A stretch of DNA of 64,000 nt from Blastomonas sp. GTDB lineage: Bacteria > Pseudomonadota > Alphaproteobacteria > Sphingomonadales > Sphingomonadaceae. Below the pieces are notes generated by a model. It had not been told where the DNA came from. It saw nothing but the letters and a program-made list of their open reading frames with translations, and made no database searches. Of this stretch, positions 17,334 to 27,546 are shown piece by piece. Location of the stretch: NCBI RefSeq assembly GCF_030373265.1, contig NZ_JAUCZC010000007.1:65456-129455 (forward strand). The letters are read 5' to 3'. Made by a program: the position numbers and the translations under genes. Each line of letters opens with the position of its first letter. Within the stretch, counting starts at the first letter, position 1.

Positions 17334-19190
17334 TTATAGCCCTAAAGCCGTCGCGGTCCAGAAGGTAATCCCAGCCGCGACCCAGGCCAGCCCAAACAGA
17401 TAGGTCAGCATGAAAATCGGCCATTTCCAGCCGTTGGTCTCGCGCTTGGTCACCGCGATCGTCGAGATGCACTGCGGCGCGAACACGAACCAGGCGAGGA
17501 ACGCCAGCGCCGTGGGCAGCGACCAGCGCCCCGCAAGGCGTTCGCCCAGCGCCAGCGCCTCGGTTTCCTCGTCGGGCGCATCGATCGCATAGGTCGTCGC
17601 CAGCGCCGAGACCGCAACCTCGCGCGCCGCCATCGCCGGGATCAGCGCCAGTGCGATGTCGCGGCTGAACCCGATCGGCGCCACGACCGGTTCGAGCACG
17701 CCTGCGATTCGTCCGGCAGCCGAATATTCGGACTGGCTCATGCTGCTGCCTTCGGGCACCTGCGGATAGGTGAGCAGCAGCCACAGGCCGATGGTCACCG
17801 CAAAGATGATCGTGCCCGCGCGGCGCAGGAACAGCCAGGCGCGCTGCCACAGCCCCATCGCCAGATCGGCAATGCGCGGCATCTGGTATTTGGGCATTTC
17901 CATCAGGAATCCGCTCGCGCCGCCCTTGGCGACGGTCGAGCGCAGCACCAAAGCGACCACCATCGCGCCGATGATGCCGAAGACATAGAGCCCGAACAGC
18001 ACGAGCCCCTGCATGCCGATCCCCGGGCCCACCGCGGTGGATGGGATGAAGGCGGCGATGATCACGGTATAGACCGGCAGCCGCGCCGAGCAGGTCATCA
18101 GCGGTGCAATCAGGATCGTGGTCAGCCGGTCCTTTTCGTCAGAGATGCTGCGCGTCGCCATGATTCCGGGAATCGCGCAGGCGAAGCTCGACAGCAGCGG
18201 GATGAACGAACGCCCGGACAGGCCGACGCCCGCCATCATCCGGTCCATGATGAACGCCGCACGCGCCATGTAGCCGGTCGCCTCCATCAGCAGGATGAAG
18301 AAGAAAAGGATGATGATCTGCGGCAGGAAAACGACGACCGAGCCGACGCCGGCGATAACACCGTCAACGATCATCGATCGAAAAAAGCCCTCGGGGATCA
18401 CCGCGCTGGCGAACTCGCTCAGCGCCGCAGCGCCCGCCTCCAGCCCATCGGCAAAGGGCGAGGCCCAGCTGAACACCGCCTGGAAGATGATGAACAGCAG
18501 GGCAAACAGGATGATCGGCCCGGCAAACGGATGCAGCAGCACACCATCGGCGCGGTCGGTCCAGCGGCGGCTGTCGGTCTGCGAGACAATGGCAGCGTGC
18601 GCGATGGTTTCCGCGCGTCTGCGCCGCGCGCGCATGTCGGGCTCGCCCAAGGGTGCGTGCGGTGCCTGTTTGGCGAGGATCACCGTATCCAGCGCAGCCG
18701 CAAGCTCGGTGAGGCCCTTGCGCCGCACCGCGACGGTGGGGATCACCGGGACGCCAAGATCCGCCGCCAGCCGCGCCGGATCGAGCGTCAGGCCATCGCG
18801 TTCGGCAAGGTCGACCATGTTGAGCGCGACCACGGTGGGCAGGCCCAGCGCGAGCAGTTCGAGCGCGAACACCAGATGCTGGTCGAGATTGGCCGAATCG
18901 AGCACGATGATCAGCGCCTCGGGCTGGCGTTCGCCCGCCTGGCAGCCCATCACCACGTCGCGGGTGACCGCCTCGTCGGGGCTGGTCGGGTCGAGACTGT
19001 AGCTGCCCGGCAGGTCGATCAGTTCGCCCGGCCGGCCATCGGCAAAGCTGAACCGACCCGATTTGCGCTCGACCGTAACGCCGGGATAATTCGCGATCTT
19101 CTGGCGTGCGCCGGTGAGCGCGTTGAACAGCGCGCTCTTGCCAGCGTTGGGGTTGCCGACCAGTGCGATCAGCGGCTGGTGAAGGGTCAT
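17334..19190 (-). CDS. feoB: ferrous iron transporter FeoB
   Basis: 618 aa with an N-terminal GTPase ([19 protein letters not shown]) followed by a polytopic membrane domain. Confidence 0.9.
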   Translation of the reverse strand: MTLHQPLIALVGNPNAGKSALFNALTGARQKIANYPGVTVERKSGRFSFADGRPGELIDLPGSYSLDPTSPDEAVTRDVVMGCQAGERQPEALIIVLDSANLDQHLVFALELLALGLPTVVALNMVDLAERDGLTLDPARLAADLGVPVIPTVAVRRKGLTELAAALDTVILAKQAPHAPLGEPDMRARRRRAETIAHAAIVSQTDSRRWTDRADGVLLHPFAGPIILFALLFIIFQAVFSWASPFADGLEAGAAALSEFASAVIPEGFFRSMIVDGVIAGVGSVVVFLPQIIILFFFILLMEATGYMARAAFIMDRMMAGVGLSGRSFIPLLSSFACAIPGIMATRSISDEKDRLTTILIAPLMTCSARLPVYTVIIAAFIPSTAVGPGIGMQGLVLFGLYVFGIIGAMVVALVLRSTVAKGGASGFLMEMPKYQMPRIADLAMGLWQRAWLFLRRAGTIIFAVTIGLWLLLTYPQVPEGSSMSQSEYSAAGRIAGVLEPVVAPIGFSRDIALALIPAMAAREVAVSALATTYAIDAPDEETEALALGERLAGRWSLPTALAFLAWFVFAPQCISTIAVTKRETNGWKWPIFMLTYLFGLAWVAAGITFWTATALGL

Positions 19191-19462
19191 TCGGCGGCTT
19201 CCGGTAGGTCAGCAGGCACGGCTTCGAGAGGGCGCAGCGTGATCGCGCGGGCGTGGACACGGCGGATCGCCACCGTCATCCGCCCGATGCTGAGCGCGAT
19301 CGGATCACGCCCGAAAAAGATGCCGCGATGGCGGATGGTGACGCTCGCGCCTTCGTCGACGCCCAGTGCGCGCAGCCTTTTGCCTTCGTCTGAAGGCAGG
19401 ACGCTCCAGTCGATCGCGGCAATTTCCGCGCGCTGGCCGGTTGGGAGCTGGTCAAGAAGCAT
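19187..19462 (-). CDS. feoA: FeoA family iron transport protein
   Basis: 91 aa from ATG 19462 (MLLDQLPTGQRAEIAAI...GASVTIRHRG, an SH3-like FeoA). Its stop overlaps the feoB start. Confidence 0.75.
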   Translation of the reverse strand: MLLDQLPTGQRAEIAAIDWSVLPSDEGKRLRALGVDEGASVTIRHRGIFFGRDPIALSIGRMTVAIRRVHARAITLRPLEAVPADLPEAAE

Positions 19463-19479
19463 GATGGTGTTGCGAACCG

Positions 19480-19490
19480 CTATCAATATC
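19480..19490 (-). promoter_or_regulatory. possible Fur-box half-site upstream of feoA
   Basis: The minus strand reads GATATTGATAG, matching 9 of the first 10 positions of the GATAATGATAATCATTATC consensus. The second half of the box is not conserved. Confidence 0.25.
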
Positions 19491-19584
19491 CGCTGCGCGA
19501 CGCCAGCGATTTCTTGTGACACCATCTCCTGGCATGGGCTCGACGAGGCTTGGCGCGACCCGGACGGCGGGCTAGGCCAGACAG

Positions 19585-21180
19585 ATGGCACACGATCCGT
19601 CCCAGCCTGACGCGCTTATCATCGGCGGCGGCCACAACGGCCTGGTCTGCGCCTTCTATCTGGCGCGCGCGGGCATGTCGGTGCGCATCCTGGAAGCGCG
19701 CGAAGTGGTCGGCGGGGCTGCGGTGACGCAGGAATTTTACCCTGGCTTTCGCAATTCTGTGGCGAGCTACACCGTCAGCCTGCTGCAACCGCGCGTCATC
19801 GCCGACATGGGGCTGGTCGCGCGCGGCTATCGCGTGATCGAGCGGCCGGTCTCGAACTTCCTGCCGCTGCCCGATGGCGATCATCTGATTCTGGGCGGTG
19901 GCCTGGAGCGGACCCAGGCGGCGTTCGCACGCTTCTCGAAAGCCGATGCCGAGGCGCTGCCCGGTTATTATGCGATGCTCGAGCGGGTCGCCGATGTGCT
20001 GCGCGATCTGGCGCTGCGCCCGCCGCCCAATCTCGGCGGCGGCGTCGCCGGGCTGATCGAGGCGCTGACCACCGGGCGGCTGCTGTCGCGCCTGCCGTGC
20101 GAGGTGCAGCGCGACATGCTCGACCTGTTCACCAAGTCGGCGCGCGAATTCTTGGCACCCTGGTTCGAGAGCGCGTCCGTGCAGGCGGCGTTCGGGTTCG
20201 ACGCGGTGGTCGGCAATTACGCCAGCCCGGATACGCCGGGCTCGGCCTATGTGCTGCTCCACCATGTGTTCGGCGAGGTCAACGGCAACAAGGGAAGCTG
20301 GGGGCATGTCATCGGCGGCATGGGCTCGATCACGCAGATGATGGCGCAGGCGTGCGCCGAGCACGGCGTCGAGATCAGCCTCAACAGCCCGGTCGAACAG
20401 GTGCTGGTCGAGGACGGGCGCGCCACCGGGGTGCGACTGGCGAGTGGCGAAGAGCTGCGCGCGCCGCGGATTATCGCCAATGTCGGGCCGAAGCTGCTCT
20501 ATGGCCGCATGGTGCCGCGCGCCGCGCTTCCGCAAGATTTCGCGCGGCGGATCCAAGGCTATGTCTGTGGATCGGGCAGCTTCCGGATGAACGTCGCGCT
20601 CGACCGGCTGCCGAATTTTGCCGCGCTTCCCGGAGACGGCGAACATCAGCGCGCCGGGATCGTGATCGCCCCCAGCCTCGATTACATGGACCGCGCGTTC
20701 AGCGACGCCAAGGCGCATGGCTGGTCGCGCGCGCCGATCGTCGAGATGCTGATCCCCTCGATCGTCGACGACAGTCTGGCGCCTGCGGGGCACCATGTCG
20801 CCAGCCTGTTCTGCCAGCAGTTCGACCCCAAGCTGGACTGGACGCCGCAGCAGGAAGCGGCGGCGGCCGATACGATCATCGATACGGTCGAGGCGCATGC
20901 ACCGGGTTTCCGCGCCTCGATCCTTGGGCAACAGGTGCTCAGCCCCAAGGGGCTCGAGCGCACCTTCGGGCTGATCGGCGGCGACATCTTCCACGGGCGG
21001 ATGAGCCTCGACCAGCTCTGGGCGGCACGGCCCGTGCTGGGCCACGCCGATTATCGCGGGCCGCTCAAAGGCCTGTATATGTGCGGATCGGGCACCCATC
21101 CCGGCGGCGGCGTCACCGGCGCACCGGGGCACAATGCGGCGAAGGTCGTGCTGGCGGATCGCAAGTGGCGGCGAGGATGA
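19585..21180 (+). CDS. phytoene-desaturase-family NAD(P)/FAD-dependent oxidoreductase
   Basis: 531 aa with DALIIGGGHNGLVCAFYLARAG dinucleotide-binding motif and the C-terminal GLYMCGSGTHPGGGVTGAPG motif typical of CrtI-like oxidoreductases. Confidence 0.75.
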   Translation: MAHDPSQPDALIIGGGHNGLVCAFYLARAGMSVRILEAREVVGGAAVTQEFYPGFRNSVASYTVSLLQPRVIADMGLVARGYRVIERPVSNFLPLPDGDHLILGGGLERTQAAFARFSKADAEALPGYYAMLERVADVLRDLALRPPPNLGGGVAGLIEALTTGRLLSRLPCEVQRDMLDLFTKSAREFLAPWFESASVQAAFGFDAVVGNYASPDTPGSAYVLLHHVFGEVNGNKGSWGHVIGGMGSITQMMAQACAEHGVEISLNSPVEQVLVEDGRATGVRLASGEELRAPRIIANVGPKLLYGRMVPRAALPQDFARRIQGYVCGSGSFRMNVALDRLPNFAALPGDGEHQRAGIVIAPSLDYMDRAFSDAKAHGWSRAPIVEMLIPSIVDDSLAPAGHHVASLFCQQFDPKLDWTPQQEAAAADTIIDTVEAHAPGFRASILGQQVLSPKGLERTFGLIGGDIFHGRMSLDQLWAARPVLGHADYRGPLKGLYMCGSGTHPGGGVTGAPGHNAAKVVLADRKWRRG

Positions 21181-21313
21181 GCCTCTCCCCTCCCGCGTGC
21201 GGGAGGGGTGGCCGAAGGCCGAGGTGGGCCTGAACTGAACGATCGCGCTTTCCAGGCCCACCCCCGGTCCGGCAAGCCAGACCTGCCCCTCCCGCCTGCG
21301 GGAGGGGAGAGGT
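21181..21313. repeat. palindromic intergenic element with two CCCCTCCCGC-NNN-GCGGGAGGGG hairpins
   Basis: Hairpins at 21187-21208 and 21286-21307. The termini are inverted (CCTCTCCCCTCCCGC ... GCGGGAGGGGAGAGG). An internal inverted pair is GTGGGCC (21224-21230) and GGCCCAC (21255-21261). Confidence 0.6.
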
Positions 21314-21667
21314 TTACTGAACGATCTCTTCCTTCACATCGGCCTCGGGCGGCGTCGTGAGATACAGCCCCGTCGTGCCGATCAGCGTCAGCGCGATGAA
21401 CCCCGCCTGATAGAGATTGATCGACTGGCGGAACACCAGCCAGCCGATCACCGCCACCGCCACCACGCCGACGCCCGACCAGATCGCATAGGCGATGCCC
21501 ATCGGGATGCGGGTGAAGGCGAAGGCCAGCAGCCAGAAGCACAGGCCATAGCAGGCCATCGACGCCATGCCGAAAGCCGGCTTGCTGAACCCTGCCGACG
21601 CCTTGAGCAGGCTGGTGCCTGCGATCTCGCAGACGATGGCCAAGGCCAACAGCACCCATGCATTCAT
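21314..21667 (-). CDS. SMR-family small multidrug resistance transporter (EmrE/QacE-like)
   Basis: 117 aa from ATG 21667 (MNAWVLLALAIVCEIAGTSLLKAS..., with the conserved membrane Glu in TM1). Four TM helices. Confidence 0.8.
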   Translation of the reverse strand: MNAWVLLALAIVCEIAGTSLLKASAGFSKPAFGMASMACYGLCFWLLAFAFTRIPMGIAYAIWSGVGVVAVAVIGWLVFRQSINLYQAGFIALTLIGTTGLYLTTPPEADVKEEIVQ

Positions 21668-21678
21668 TGTCTGCCCCT

Positions 21679-22485
21679 TCACCCTGGCTGCTTGGGCAGC
21701 GCAAGCGAAACGCCCGCGAGCATCCGCGCCGCGGTCGCCTGTTTCATGAACGCCCAGACCTCGGTATCGAAGCCGGGATCGGCCTGGACCGGCCAATTGT
21801 CCATGTCGTCATACATCTTCATCGTGCCAGTCCACATCGCGGGCGAGGCGACATCGGTGAACGGCTTGAGCAGGTCGAACCAGCGTTGGACGAAGCCCGC
21901 GGCCGCCTCGCCCGAAGGGTCCATCGGCAGCGCTGCCTTGATATCGTCGCCCAGCGCCTTCCACTCGGCAGCATAAGCGTCCTGATCGAAATCCTCGCCC
22001 AGCGCGCCCATGCGGTCGGCCCATTCGGCCTGTTGCTCGGGGGTAAAATAGCGGTCGGTAACCGCCTTCCATTGGTCTTGAGACATCGTGGTACTGTCCT
22101 GTTGTTCGTGTCGGATCAGCGAGCAAAAGGTCTCGGCATCGATGGGCTCGCCGCGATCGATGCGTGACTTGACGGAAACGAGCAGCGTTTGCGCCTCGGA
22201 TATGCGCCGCGCCTGCGCCTCGAGATGGTCGAGCTGCGCGGTAATCAGGCCGTGCAGGTCGATCCTGCGGTTGGCGGTCAGCCGCTGGATCTGCGCCAGC
22301 GTGAGCCCTGCCTTCTTGAGCGACAATATCAGGTTGAGCCGCTCGAGCGCTGCGGCATCATAATGCCGTCGCCCCGACGCGGTACGCAACGGCTGCACCA
22401 GCCCGCGCGCCTCGTAGAACCGCAGCGCGCGGGCGGTGAGACCAGTCAGCCGGGTGACGGCGGCGATGTCGAGCGAATCAGCCAT
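21679..22485 (-). CDS. MerR-family transcriptional regulator with TipAS-like C-terminal domain
   Basis: 268 aa. The HTH is IAAVTRLTGLTARALRFYEARGLVQPLRTASGRRHYD. It ends 12 nt upstream of the SMR gene. Confidence 0.8.
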   Translation of the reverse strand: MADSLDIAAVTRLTGLTARALRFYEARGLVQPLRTASGRRHYDAAALERLNLILSLKKAGLTLAQIQRLTANRRIDLHGLITAQLDHLEAQARRISEAQTLLVSVKSRIDRGEPIDAETFCSLIRHEQQDSTTMSQDQWKAVTDRYFTPEQQAEWADRMGALGEDFDQDAYAAEWKALGDDIKAALPMDPSGEAAAGFVQRWFDLLKPFTDVASPAMWTGTMKMYDDMDNWPVQADPGFDTEVWAFMKQATAARMLAGVSLALPKQPG

Positions 22486-22501
22486 AAGCGGCTTATGCCA
22501 C

Positions 22502-22516
22502 TTGACGCAGCGTCAA
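22502..22516. promoter_or_regulatory. candidate MerR operator palindrome
   Basis: TTGACGC-A-GCGTCAA, a perfect 7-bp inverted repeat 17 nt upstream of the merR-family start. It contains a TTGACG -35-like hexamer on both strands. Confidence 0.4.
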
Positions 22517-22611
22517 CATCAAGGGGTTTTCTCAGGCGCGAACGGCGGCCGTGCACCGGCACAGGACAGGCCGGCGCTTCACGGCGACGGGCACCTATCG
22601 AATGATCAGCC

Positions 22612-23844
22612 TCAATCGTTCGCCAACAGCAGGTCGGGCAGGTCGCCGCTCGCGCCGCGTGCCTCATCGATGATGAACCGCCGGATCAGGCCGGTGCGCC
22701 CGACAATCTGCATGCCCAGACGCCGCACCAGCGACGGCCCGCTTCCTGGCAGACCGTAAAGCCGGTTGAGCACATCGGTCGCACCAGCCATCATCGCATT
22801 GTCGAGCATCCGCCAGTTCTGATAGCGCTTGAGCTGGGCCAGATCGCCGGGATCAAGCCCCAGCCGCGCGCCTTCGCCCAGCACCTGCGCCAACGCGGCG
22901 GCATCGCGCAACCCAAGGTTGAGCCCCTGCCCCGCGATCGGATGAATGATGTGGGCGCTGTCGCCTACCAACGCGATCCGCGGCGCGACCATGGCGCTGG
23001 CCTGACACAGGGTCAGCGGCCAGCTGCTGCGCGGCGCGACGGGCGTGATATCGCCCAGAAACCCGCCGCTCATCTTGGTCAGCGCAGCGCCGAAGGCCCG
23101 GTCGGACAACGACACCCAGGCATCGGCCTTGCCTTCGGGCACCGTCCAGACGATCGACGCCATCGCGCGGCCCTCGTCGTCATCGTTGAGCGGGAGAATG
23201 GCGAGCGGGCCATCGGGATAGAATATCTCGAACGCGGTGTTCTGGTGCGATTTTTCCAGCGTCACCGCCGTCACGATGCCGCGCTGCCCATAGGACCATT
23301 GGCCCAGAGTGATCCCGGCCAGATCGCGCGTCGGCGACTGCCGGCCTTCGGCGCCGACCAGCAGCGATGCGGAAAATGCGCGCCCATCAGCAAGCGTGAT
23401 CGTGGCGCGGTGCGCATCGACTGAACGGGTGGCGACTTCGGCAGCCATCACCAGATCGATGTCCGGGTCGGCGCTCGCCGCTTCGAACAGGCACGCGCGC
23501 AACAGGCTGTTGGGCAGCATCACCCCCATGCCCTCGACCCCGGCATCGAAATCCAGTCCGCCCTTGCGCAGCCCATCGCTGACGGCAATGCGATCGATCG
23601 GGCAGGCATCGCGCCACAATGCGTCGGCCAGGCCCAGATTGTGCAGCATCTGCCAGCTCGTGCTCGCCAGTGCCGACGCGCGCCCGTCAAAGGCGGGGTC
23701 GGCCAGCGTTTTTGGCGTGATCCGGTCCACCACCCGAACGCTCATTCCGGAACGCGCCAGCGCCAGTGCCAAGGCAAGGCCGACCGGCCCTGCGCCCATG
23801 ATGAGGATGTCGCTATGCTGTGCTGAAGTGGGGGTCTGGGTCAT
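22612..23844 (-). CDS. UbiH/UbiF/VisC/COQ6-family FAD-dependent ubiquinone biosynthesis hydroxylase
   Basis: 410 aa with ILIMGAGPVGLALALALARSG FAD motif, ALVGDSAHIIHPIAGQGLNLGLRDA motif and a family-typical C-terminus. Confidence 0.8.
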   Translation of the reverse strand: MTQTPTSAQHSDILIMGAGPVGLALALALARSGMSVRVVDRITPKTLADPAFDGRASALASTSWQMLHNLGLADALWRDACPIDRIAVSDGLRKGGLDFDAGVEGMGVMLPNSLLRACLFEAASADPDIDLVMAAEVATRSVDAHRATITLADGRAFSASLLVGAEGRQSPTRDLAGITLGQWSYGQRGIVTAVTLEKSHQNTAFEIFYPDGPLAILPLNDDDEGRAMASIVWTVPEGKADAWVSLSDRAFGAALTKMSGGFLGDITPVAPRSSWPLTLCQASAMVAPRIALVGDSAHIIHPIAGQGLNLGLRDAAALAQVLGEGARLGLDPGDLAQLKRYQNWRMLDNAMMAGATDVLNRLYGLPGSGPSLVRRLGMQIVGRTGLIRRFIIDEARGASGDLPDLLLAND

Positions 23845-23944
23845 CGCGCCAATGTAGGACGCAAGATGCCCGCTGAACAGGGGCTTTGCCGCCCGGACTC
23901 GCGCTTAAGTCCTTGCTTGACGCGGAGTCCGTCCTCTGCGCAAA

Positions 23945-26320
23945 ATGGGAGATATTTACCATATTGCCGGAGTAATGCAGGACATGGCCAGTCGCGCCGC
24001 CACCAGAAACGCGCCCGATTGGCGCGACCTGATGCGTCAAAGCCTGTTGCGCAGCGGCAGCCTGATCCTGTCGTTGACGCTGTTTACCGTCGCGGTGTTC
24101 GTGGCGATCTCGATGATCACCTATGAGCAGACCGATCCGTCGTTCAACACCGCGGCAGGCGGTCCGATCGATAACTGGATGGGGGCGACCGGCGCCTGGA
24201 TTTCCGATCTCATGTTGTTTCTAGCAGGGCCTGCCAGTGCGCTGATCCTTCCGATCACCGCGGTGCAGGCGCACCGGATGTGGATCAACCGCCCCTTGGG
24301 CCATTGGCGCCGCGCCTTTCTGGCAACCTTGGCCAGCATCCTGCTGCTCGCCGTGGCGGCGGCGATCTTTTTCGGCGAGTCTGCGCAAGCCTTTCCTGCC
24401 GGGCCCGGGGGTCTTGCCGGATTGATCGGTGCGCGCGGCGTCGCGGCCCTCGGCAATCTGCTCCCACCGGCGGGCGCTGTCTGGGGGATCTATGGCAGCG
24501 CAAGCCTGTTTGCCCTGGTCGGAACGCTTTTGGGCTGGAAGGCGCTCGGTCTCGAACGCGGGCTGCTGCGGATGCCGCCGATCAAGGTCAGCGTGCCTGA
24601 AGCGCTGTTCCGTAAGCCCATCGGTCCGGTGATCGATGAAGACGACGCTGACAGCCTCGACAACGCGCAGGAGCCTCAGCGTCCTGCGCTGGCCGCGCCG
24701 CGCAAGGAAGCCGTTCCCGACAACCGTCCGCCGCCGGAAATTACCGAACCTTCGCTGCGTCCGGCCAAGGCCCAGCTTGGCCCCAAGAGCAAGCAGGGCG
24801 ATTTCTTCGGGCCCTATGACCTGCCCTCGGTCGACCTGCTCGATCCGCCGCCATCCAGCACCGGCCCGGCGCTCGACAAGATCGCGCTGGAGCGCAACGC
24901 GCGGCTGCTCGAGACCGTGCTCAGCGACTTCAACGTCAAGGGTGAGATCACCGCGGTCCGTCCCGGCCCGGTCGTCACCCGCTACGAGCTGCTGCCCGCG
25001 CCCGGCATCAAGGCCAACCGCGTCATCCAACTGGCCGACGACATCGCGCGCAACATGTCGGCGCGGTCGGCGCGCGTCGCAGCGATCCCGTGCCGCAAGG
25101 AACTGGGCATCGAGTTGCCCAACCAGCACCGCGATGCCGTGGTGCTGCACGAAATGATCGGGTCGAGCCACTTTGCAGAGAACACCGGCCAGCTTCCGGT
25201 GATCCTGGGCAAGAACATCTCGGGCGACCCGGTGATCGCCGACCTGGCGCCGATGCCGCATCTGCTGATCGCGGGGACCACCGGATCGGGCAAGTCGGTC
25301 GGCCTCAACGCCATGATCCTGTCGCTGCTCTACCGGATGACGCCGGAGACGCTGCGGTTGATCATGATCGATCCCAAGATGCTCGAGCTGTCGATCTATG
25401 ACGGCATCCCGCATCTGCTCTCGCCGGTGGTCACCGAGCCGCAAAAGGCGATCCGCGCGCTCAAATGGGCGGTCGAGCAGATGGAAGAGCGCTACCGGAT
25501 GATGAGCGAATTGAAGGTTCGCAGCCTGGTCAACTTCAACGACAAGATCCGTGTCGCCAAGGCCAAGGGCATTCCGCTGGGCGAAGAGGTCCAGACCGGC
25601 TGGGATCCTGTCAGCGGCCAGCCGCAATATGAAAAGAAGCAGCTCGATTACGAGCCGATGCCCCAGATCGTGGTCATCGTCGACGAGCTCGCCGACTTGA
25701 TGATGACCGCGGGCAAGGAAGTCGAGTTCCTGATCCAGCGGCTGGCGCAGAAGGCCCGCGCAGCAGGCATCCATCTGATCATGGCGACGCAGCGTCCCTC
25801 GGTCGACGTTATCACCGGCGTGATCAAGGCCAACCTGCCCACCCGGATCAGCTTCCACGTCACCAGCAAGATCGATTCGCGCACCATCCTGGGCGAACAG
25901 GGTGCCGAGCAGCTGCTGGGCAAGGGCGACATGCTGTATATGTCGGGCGGCAAACAGGTCGAGCGCGTCCACGGGCCGTTCGTGTCCGATGAAGAGGTCC
26001 GCCGGGTTGCCGATCACTGGCGCTCGCAGGGCGCGCCCGACTACGTTCAGGCGGTCACCGAAGAGCCCGAAGACGGCGGCTTTGCGCTCGATGGAGCAAG
26101 CCTCGATGATACGCCCGAAGAGCAGATGTACCGCAGCGCGTGCCAGATCGTGTTCGAAAGCCAGAAGGCCTCGACCAGCTGGCTGCAGCGCCAGTTGCGG
26201 ATCGGCTACAACAGCGCGGCGCGGCTGGTCGAGCGAATGGAGGAAGACGGCTTCATCAGCGCGCCCAACCATGTGGGCCGGCGCGAGGTGTATCGCGACA
26301 AGGACGGCAACCCGCTATAA
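23945..26320 (+). CDS. ftsK: DNA translocase FtsK
   Basis: 791 aa with N-terminal TM helices, a Pro-rich linker, motor domain HLLIAGTTGSGKSVGLNAMILSL and VVIVDELADLMM, and a C-terminal gamma winged-helix domain. The exact start is uncertain. Confidence 0.9.
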   Translation: MGDIYHIAGVMQDMASRAATRNAPDWRDLMRQSLLRSGSLILSLTLFTVAVFVAISMITYEQTDPSFNTAAGGPIDNWMGATGAWISDLMLFLAGPASALILPITAVQAHRMWINRPLGHWRRAFLATLASILLLAVAAAIFFGESAQAFPAGPGGLAGLIGARGVAALGNLLPPAGAVWGIYGSASLFALVGTLLGWKALGLERGLLRMPPIKVSVPEALFRKPIGPVIDEDDADSLDNAQEPQRPALAAPRKEAVPDNRPPPEITEPSLRPAKAQLGPKSKQGDFFGPYDLPSVDLLDPPPSSTGPALDKIALERNARLLETVLSDFNVKGEITAVRPGPVVTRYELLPAPGIKANRVIQLADDIARNMSARSARVAAIPCRKELGIELPNQHRDAVVLHEMIGSSHFAENTGQLPVILGKNISGDPVIADLAPMPHLLIAGTTGSGKSVGLNAMILSLLYRMTPETLRLIMIDPKMLELSIYDGIPHLLSPVVTEPQKAIRALKWAVEQMEERYRMMSELKVRSLVNFNDKIRVAKAKGIPLGEEVQTGWDPVSGQPQYEKKQLDYEPMPQIVVIVDELADLMMTAGKEVEFLIQRLAQKARAAGIHLIMATQRPSVDVITGVIKANLPTRISFHVTSKIDSRTILGEQGAEQLLGKGDMLYMSGGKQVERVHGPFVSDEEVRRVADHWRSQGAPDYVQAVTEEPEDGGFALDGASLDDTPEEQMYRSACQIVFESQKASTSWLQRQLRIGYNSAARLVERMEEDGFISAPNHVGRREVYRDKDGNPL

Positions 26321-26348
26321 GGTCGCGGGTCACTTCTGACCCGCGACC
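26321..26348. terminator. perfect 12-bp-stem hairpin between convergent ftsK and AI-2E transporter genes
   Basis: GGTCGCGGGTCA-CTTC-TGACCCGCGACC. It starts 1 nt after the ftsK stop and overlaps the last codons of the minus-strand gene. Confidence 0.55.
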
Positions 26349-27391
26349 TTGATATCCTTGTCGAGCAGCGTCTTCACATAGAGGCGCTGAACCATGACGA
26401 AGATCACGACGGTCAGCGGCGCCGCCAGCAGGACGCCCATAAATCCAAAGAGCAGCCCTGCGGCAACCACGGCAAACAACAGCACCGCAGGGGGCACGTC
26501 TACCGCGTGCTTCTGGATCATCGGCTGCAGCAGATTGCTCTGCAGCTGCTGGACTATGATGTACAGCACCAGCGTCCAGAGTGCGATCGTGGGCGAAACG
26601 GTGAACGCCAGCAGCACCGCGGGGACGGCCGCGATGATCGGGCCGACCATGGGGATGATGTCGAGTAGACCAGCGATCAGTCCCAGACCGCCGGCCGCGG
26701 GGACACCCAACAGCGCAAGTCCCGCCGCCGAAAACATGGCGACAAAAATCGACGAAACCGCCTGCCCCAGCATCCAGCCGCGCAATCCGCGAGCTGCATC
26801 CTCAAGCGCATCATCGAGCGGCTTTTCCGCACGCTGCGGCATGAGCAGGACGACGCCGCGCCGATAGACCTGAGGGTCGCTGGCGATGAAGATCGCGCCA
26901 AAGAAGATGAGCAGAAAGTTGGCGAGACTGTTGGTTGCCGTCATCGCGAACCCGCCAAGGCGCGATGCCATGCTGGAGATGTCGCCGCTACCCTGCTTGA
27001 AGAGGTCGCGGGCCGATTGCCCGAGACCGATCTGGTCGAGCTGGGCTTCGACACTGTTGATGGCGGGCGGGATGCTCTGCTGGATGGTATCGAACTGGCT
27101 GGCGAGCTGTGACCCGAACAGGGTGAACACGCCCGCGAAAACGCCCAGCAGCAGGACCACCGAAATCGCCAGGGCCGGGCCGCGGCTCATACCGGTAACG
27201 CGACACACGCCACCTGCGATCGACGAAAGGATAGCTGCAAGCACTAGGGCGGCAAACACCATCATGAGGAATCCGGCGAGTTCCACCAACAGCCACGCGA
27301 GGCCCAAGATGGCCACGACGACCATCGTCATGGCAGCGACCCGGCCCATTCCCGTCATGCGGTCAGGCCCATCACGGTTTGCAGGCTCCAT
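26330..27391 (-). CDS. AI-2E family transporter (PerM/UPF0118)
   Basis: 353 aa polytopic membrane protein with the LLDIIPMVGPIIAAVPAVLLAF motif typical of UPF0118. Confidence 0.75.
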   Translation of the reverse strand: MEPANRDGPDRMTGMGRVAAMTMVVVAILGLAWLLVELAGFLMMVFAALVLAAILSSIAGGVCRVTGMSRGPALAISVVLLLGVFAGVFTLFGSQLASQFDTIQQSIPPAINSVEAQLDQIGLGQSARDLFKQGSGDISSMASRLGGFAMTATNSLANFLLIFFGAIFIASDPQVYRRGVVLLMPQRAEKPLDDALEDAARGLRGWMLGQAVSSIFVAMFSAAGLALLGVPAAGGLGLIAGLLDIIPMVGPIIAAVPAVLLAFTVSPTIALWTLVLYIIVQQLQSNLLQPMIQKHAVDVPPAVLLFAVVAAGLLFGFMGVLLAAPLTVVIFVMVQRLYVKTLLDKDIKVAGQK

Positions 27392-27546
27392 TATGTCAGA
27401 CTTTCACAAGAGAGCAGCGCCACTGGTACCTGACCAGTGGCGCTGATGATTAGAATGAGGTGAATACCATCGGTGATTGACTTGGAAAAGCAGGGACGAT
27501 ACCCGGCACCAGATCGATGTCGCAGAAGCGCGAAGCGCTGGTGGCT

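Noticed and set aside
19483-21261. 592-aa minus-strand ORF and the 20097..21233 plus-frame ORF
   Set aside because: They are antisense or frame-shifted relative to the CrtI-like oxidoreductase, which has clear FAD-binding motifs. No motifs of their own.
24221-26272. 683-aa minus-strand ORF opposite ftsK
   Set aside because: The FtsK motor motifs on the + strand are unambiguous, so the antisense ORF is a GC artefact.
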